IMG/VR virus record: IMGVR_UViG_3300029510_000031
Span: 1 to 10,624 of that record
Source: a virus
Length of the DNA stretch: 10,624 nucleotides
Direction: 5' to 3' (one strand)
The translations under genes and the position numbers were made by a program. Of the stretch, positions 8,147 to 10,624 are shown piece by piece; position 1 is the stretch's first letter, and every line of letters starts with the position of its first letter. The notes beneath the pieces were generated by a model, which was not told where the DNA came from, did no database searches, and saw only the letters and a program-made list of their open reading frames with translations.

Positions 8147-9427
8147 CTATCTCCTTATCAGTTTGTTAACCCGTCTAATCTTAGCGTCTACATCCTGCCT
8201 ATCCTTGACGAAAATAAGGTTTTGCAGTGCGTACCTAATAGCGTCGATACAGTGGTTATAGCTATCGCATGGCTTGTTGATGTACTCGTTTGTATGCTTG
8301 TCCTTCTGCCATGTATAGTTCTCAAGCTCCTCAATCGTCTTGACACATCTTTCATCGACAATGATGTCGAACTGTTGCAAAAATTGAATCCCTTGTAGAA
8401 CTGAGCCTTTGCCCTTGTCTACCGGAATAGCTCGACGCAAGCCCAGTGTTTGCAGTTCAGCAATAGATTTCTGCTCTGCTGAGTCGGCCATAATCACCTC
8501 TTTTGAATAACCAAGGCTAGTAATAGCTTCTGCTATCTGGTTGTTAAGCAAGCCCTTCTTGACATATTCCTCTAGGATATATAACCGCTTATTCTCTCGG
8601 TCTATTTTGACGTGCATAAACGCCGTGGGGTCGTTTGTGAATCCGAAGTCAAGACCAAAAAAGGACGGTAGCTGTTTAAGCTCGTCCTTATTGAGTAATC
8701 TCTTTTCATACTTCGGAAATACTAGCTTGTCAAGAGTGGCAAACTCACCCAAAGCATAGATTTTATAATAGGCTTCGTTTCGGTTGGCTAGTTCCTCGAT
8801 ATTCTCCTTGGTCAAGTCATCCAGAAAGCGATTATCCTTGTACGTCGTTTGATAAACCACTGTATTCTTAGGGCTCTTCACAAAGAATGCGTTATATACC
8901 CAGTTGGCCTTAGACACTGGGTTAAACATCAAATAGATTTGTTTCTGCTTGTGAGCCTTATCCCTCAAGCGAAGTGTTAACTGCGTGTAATCATCAAGCG
9001 TAAACTCTGACGCTTCTTCCATGACCACGTCTGAAATGCCTTTGATAGACTTGATTTTCTCTGGGTTATCCATCCCTTTAAAAATCAGTTCGGCTCCGTT
9101 TGGTAATTCAATACGAAATGCGCTCATGTTAACCTTGCATAGATTAAGCACACCAAAGTAAGACAAAGCTGCTAGCACGTCCGCAAACACCGAATCACGA
9201 ACCGTAGAGCCTACTTTTCGCAATATCAATATTTTGCGAGGCTTGTCCCAACTCTTTAAGGCTTTGAGGACTATCTTCTGGAAGACTCCGTGGCTTTTGC
9301 CGCTAGAAGCTCCGCCGTAATGGACCTCAGTAAACGTGTCATAATCAAATAGATGTTCATAGATATGCCGATTAAACACCTTGCTTGGATTGATTTCAAG
9401 ATTAATCGTCATTCCATTCACCGACAT
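8147..9427 (-). CDS. terL: Terminase large subunit (PBSX/terminase_3-like)
   Basis: 426 aa. A Walker A motif GGASSGKS is present (HYGGASSGKSHGV). The gene follows terS with a 26-nt overlap. An alternative start at ATG 9412 (MTINLEI...) has a better SD (GGTGA at 5 nt) than ATG 9427, which has none. Confidence 0.93.
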   Translation of the reverse strand: MSVNGMTINLEINPSKVFNRHIYEHLFDYDTFTEVHYGGASSGKSHGVFQKIVLKALKSWDKPRKILILRKVGSTVRDSVFADVLAALSYFGVLNLCKVNMSAFRIELPNGAELIFKGMDNPEKIKSIKGISDVVMEEASEFTLDDYTQLTLRLRDKAHKQKQIYLMFNPVSKANWVYNAFFVKSPKNTVVYQTTYKDNRFLDDLTKENIEELANRNEAYYKIYALGEFATLDKLVFPKYEKRLLNKDELKQLPSFFGLDFGFTNDPTAFMHVKIDRENKRLYILEEYVKKGLLNNQIAEAITSLGYSKEVIMADSAEQKSIAELQTLGLRRAIPVDKGKGSVLQGIQFLQQFDIIVDERCVKTIEELENYTWQKDKHTNEYINKPCDSYNHCIDAIRYALQNLIFVKDRQDVDAKIRRVNKLIRR

Positions 9428-9845
9428 TAATATTGATATTTTGCGTTACATCAGCTTCGACCTTATCTGTCCACATCCTATAGCGCTTACCGATATCAAC
9501 TGCCGCAGCCCGACGAGTAGCTACATTCGGTTTAGCTTGAGCAATGCGTTGCATACCCTCACCATCCAAGACAAGCAAGGATTCTTCAACCTCACCACGC
9601 ATGACGGCAGTGAGAAATTCCATGACCTCTTGTTGATCCGCAACACGTTCCGATTTTAATTGTTCCAGTCGTTCGTCTATATAAGCCTTGACCTCAGTAT
9701 TTCTTAGTAGCTTACTACCATTGACTTCTGCCGTCCTTATCTTCTTAATACTAGGATAAGCCTTTTTGTACGCCTGCGTAGCGTTTAGGCTGATGATGTA
9801 CTCATCGGCAAACTTTATTTGTTTTTCAGTCATCCCACTTTTCAT
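9402..9845 (-). CDS. terS: Terminase small subunit (Terminase_2 / XtmA-like)
   Basis: KQIKFADEYIISLNATQAYKKAYPS...NGSKLLRNTEVKAYI matches the N-terminal helix-turn-helix pattern of this family. The ORF-track start at 9944 adds 33 codons across the intergenic hairpin and has no SD. The SD GAAAGGAG (9856..9849) points to ATG 9845, or possibly ATG 9833. Confidence 0.85.
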   Translation of the reverse strand: MKSGMTEKQIKFADEYIISLNATQAYKKAYPSIKKIRTAEVNGSKLLRNTEVKAYIDERLEQLKSERVADQQEVMEFLTAVMRGEVEESLLVLDGEGMQRIAQAKPNVATRRAAAVDIGKRYRMWTDKVEADVTQNININVGEWNDD

Positions 9846-9864
9846 CAACTCCTTTCTGATACTG

Positions 9865-9895
9865 AAAAAGACAACCCACAAAGTGAGCTGTCTCT
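9865..9895 (-). terminator. Terminator-like / leader hairpin between arpU and terS
   Basis: The minus-strand RNA reads AGAGACAGCUCAC-UUU-GUGGGUUGUCUUU followed by UU. The 13-bp stem includes 3 G.U pairs, which are mismatches on the opposite strand. The U tract is short (5 U, 3 of them inside the stem), so any termination would be partial at best. Confidence 0.45.
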
Positions 9896-9914
9896 GATTT
9901 TCTTCGATAATATA

Positions 9915-9923
9915 ATAATACCA
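9915..9923 (-). promoter_or_regulatory. Candidate extended -10 element (TGgTATTAT) for the late operon
   Basis: TGG TATTAT lies on the minus strand, 70 nt upstream of the terS ATG. No acceptable -35 sits at 17 nt (TGTCTA), which would fit an activator-dependent late promoter downstream of arpU. The region is AT-rich, so a chance match is possible. Confidence 0.3.
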
Positions 9924-9973
9924 CTTTAAACAGTTGTTAGACACCGTGAATTAACCGTCAAAATACCGTTATT

Positions 9974-10390
9974 TCAACGTTCCACAACTAATTTGCCATC
10001 TCTATACAATTCTGCAAATGCTAGGATAGCATTATTTAGCAATCCTTGAAAGGCTGTCCTTTCGAATCCGATTGCTTGGGCGATTTGCCAGTTTGGTTTC
10101 GGTGGGTATGCTAGATATTTCTCTATCAGTATTCTGCGATAATCTGGACGATATAGCCCACTAACTGCTTGCTCTATGGCTTCTAGCTCGTTCATAGCAT
10201 CAACACGCCTAACTGCGATATTTTCCACTGGTCTGCTCACTCCGTTGCCACCTCTGGGCATGAATGTGAACTCTTGTGTAATCTTCTGCTCAGCGCTATC
10301 GTGTGCTATCTCTCGCCATCTTGGATATTCTCGAAGTTTACGCTTGCAACCTCTGATAGTTGCTTTCTCATCAATTTCCGGCAATAGCAT
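9974..10390 (-). CDS. arpU: ArpU-family phage late transcriptional regulator
   Basis: 138 aa. SD AGAGGA lies 7 nt upstream. The sequence (MLLPEIDEKATIRGCKRKLREYPRW...) and a sigma-region-4-like C-terminus resemble ArpU-family proteins as I recall them. The gene sits immediately upstream of terS, the standard location for RinA/ArpU-type late activators. Confidence 0.8.
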   Translation of the reverse strand: MLLPEIDEKATIRGCKRKLREYPRWREIAHDSAEQKITQEFTFMPRGGNGVSRPVENIAVRRVDAMNELEAIEQAVSGLYRPDYRRILIEKYLAYPPKPNWQIAQAIGFERTAFQGLLNNAILAFAELYRDGKLVVER

Positions 10391-10399
10391 TGTTCTGTC

Positions 10400-10435
10400 C
10401 TCTTTGGTATAATAGTAGTGTTGATTTCCAAAGAG
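10400..10435 (-). repeat. Perfect 8-bp inverted repeat CTCTTTGG / CCAAAGAG (20-nt spacer) overlapping the arpU SD
   Basis: The arms lie at 10400-10407 and 10428-10435. On the minus-strand RNA the 3' arm CCAAAGAG includes most of the arpU SD (AAGAGGA, 10405..10399). Confidence 0.6.
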
Positions 10436-10466
10436 TGCCGGCCATCGTGTCGGTCTTTTTTATTTT
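10430..10466 (+). terminator. Bulged hairpin plus T-run, in terminator orientation on the plus strand
   Basis: The structure is AAAGA-[GTG]-CCGGC-(CATCGT)-GTCGG-TCTTT, followed by TTTTATTTT. About 10 bp pair, with a 3-nt bulge and one G.U pair. It is of modest stability. Confidence 0.35.
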
Positions 10467-10556
10467 AGCTCAAGAAACGTTAAGAGATTTTATTGAAAAG
10501 ATTGAATAAGTGTTTATTCTTGGGGTGTTTCTCAAGCCTTTTATCACCTCCTTTCT

Positions 10557-10591
10557 AGCCATTGACACCAGCAAAGTCTTTGGCTTTTTTT
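10557..10591 (+). terminator. Hairpin plus T7 run, in terminator orientation on the plus strand
   Basis: The structure is A-GCCAttGAC-(ACCAGCAAA)-GTCttTGGC-T, then TTTTTT (T7 at 10585-10591). The stem is 9-10 bp with a 2-nt internal mismatch. On the minus strand the hairpin is preceded by A7 and not followed by U residues, so its orientation favours the plus strand. Confidence 0.45.
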
Positions 10592-10624
10592 GTAATGCAA
10601 GATATCAATAAGAAAGAGGGTTTT

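Noticed and set aside
9219-9445. The 10-mer ATATTTTGCG repeated at 9229-9238 and 9436-9445, and a CGCAA/TTGCG inverted repeat at 9219-9238. I considered these as a possible pac-site repeat near the terS/terL junction.
   Set aside because: Dozens of repeated 10-mers are expected by chance in a 10.6-kb window. The 5-bp inverted repeat is also trivial. Both lie in coding sequence and have no further periodicity.
9846-9944. The N-terminal 33-codon extension of terS in the ORF track (MSNNCLKWYYYIIEENQRQLTLWVVFFSIRKEL).
   Set aside because: There is no SD before 9944. The extension runs through the AT-rich promoter-like region and the 13-bp hairpin. The family-typical N-terminus (MTEKQIKFADEY...) starts right after a GAAAGGAG SD.
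26-10412. Plus-strand ORFs in the track: 26-358, 2973-3266, 4129-4392, 4450-4710, 5275-5535, 5560-5907, 5917-6114, 6199-6510, 7994-8398, 8541-8759, 9381-9659 and 10176-10412.
   Set aside because: Each lies antisense to, and almost entirely within, a well-supported minus-strand phage gene. They lack SD sequences and have low-complexity or Leu/Ser/Cys-rich compositions typical of antisense frames. None has a recognisable motif.
10408-10414. A minus-strand TATTAT (10414..10409) as arpU's own -10 element.
   Set aside because: It has no TG extension and no -35 at 16-18 nt. The implied start site would fall inside the arpU SD. arpU is more likely transcribed from a promoter to the right of the window.
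10559-10624. The possible 3' end of an upstream minus-strand gene entering from the right edge. One frame ends at TAG 10558..10556 (...ITKKAKDFAGVNG); another ends at the TGA inside the SD.
   Set aside because: Only about 22 codons are visible and two frames are open, so coding status cannot be judged. The segment also forms the hairpin and A7/T7 element, which argues somewhat against coding.
1-10624. A search for tRNA/tmRNA, CRISPR repeats, IS or transposase ends, an att-like core, and defence, anti-defence or toxin cargo (morons) between the structural genes.
   Set aside because: No cloverleaf-compatible segments, no spaced direct repeats, and no additional SD-preceded ORFs were seen. Apart from the regions discussed above, the intergenic gaps are at most 18 nt.

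Overview
The window is a single, entirely minus-strand late (morphogenesis) operon of a pac-type, SPP1/HK97-like siphovirus or prophage. The host is probably a low-GC Gram-positive; the proteins look Streptococcus-like from memory, but this is unverified.

Gene order, right to left:
- a 234-nt repeat-dense non-coding leader (10391-10624)
- an ArpU-family late regulator
- terminase small and large subunits
- an SPP1-gp6-type portal
- an SPP1-gp7/Mu-F-type minor head protein
- a scaffold protein
- the major capsid protein
- a small HeH-motif protein
- four head-tail joining proteins (adaptor, head closure, HK97-gp10-like, tail terminator)
- the major tail protein, followed by an intrinsic terminator
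- tail assembly chaperone G, with a -1 frameshift into a T-like ORF
- the first 378 codons of the tape measure protein, which is absent from the ORF track because it runs off the left edge

Genes are tightly packed, with ATGA/TAATG overlaps and strong AAAGGAGG-type Shine-Dalgarno (SD) sites. I found no tRNA, rRNA, CRISPR array, IS element, integrase, or defence or toxin cargo. The coding content is an ordinary conserved structural module, and I do not see a novel protein system in it.

The observations worth a second look are RNA-level signals:
- the chaperone frameshift site with a perfect downstream stem
- a strand-specific hairpin in the arpU-terS spacer
- the leader upstream of arpU, which has mutually exclusive hairpins over the arpU SD, a 15-nt full anti-SD complement, a micro-ORF, and plus-strand promoter and terminator signals that could specify an antisense small RNA

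All family names rest on motif recognition and synteny. No database search or folding program was run.
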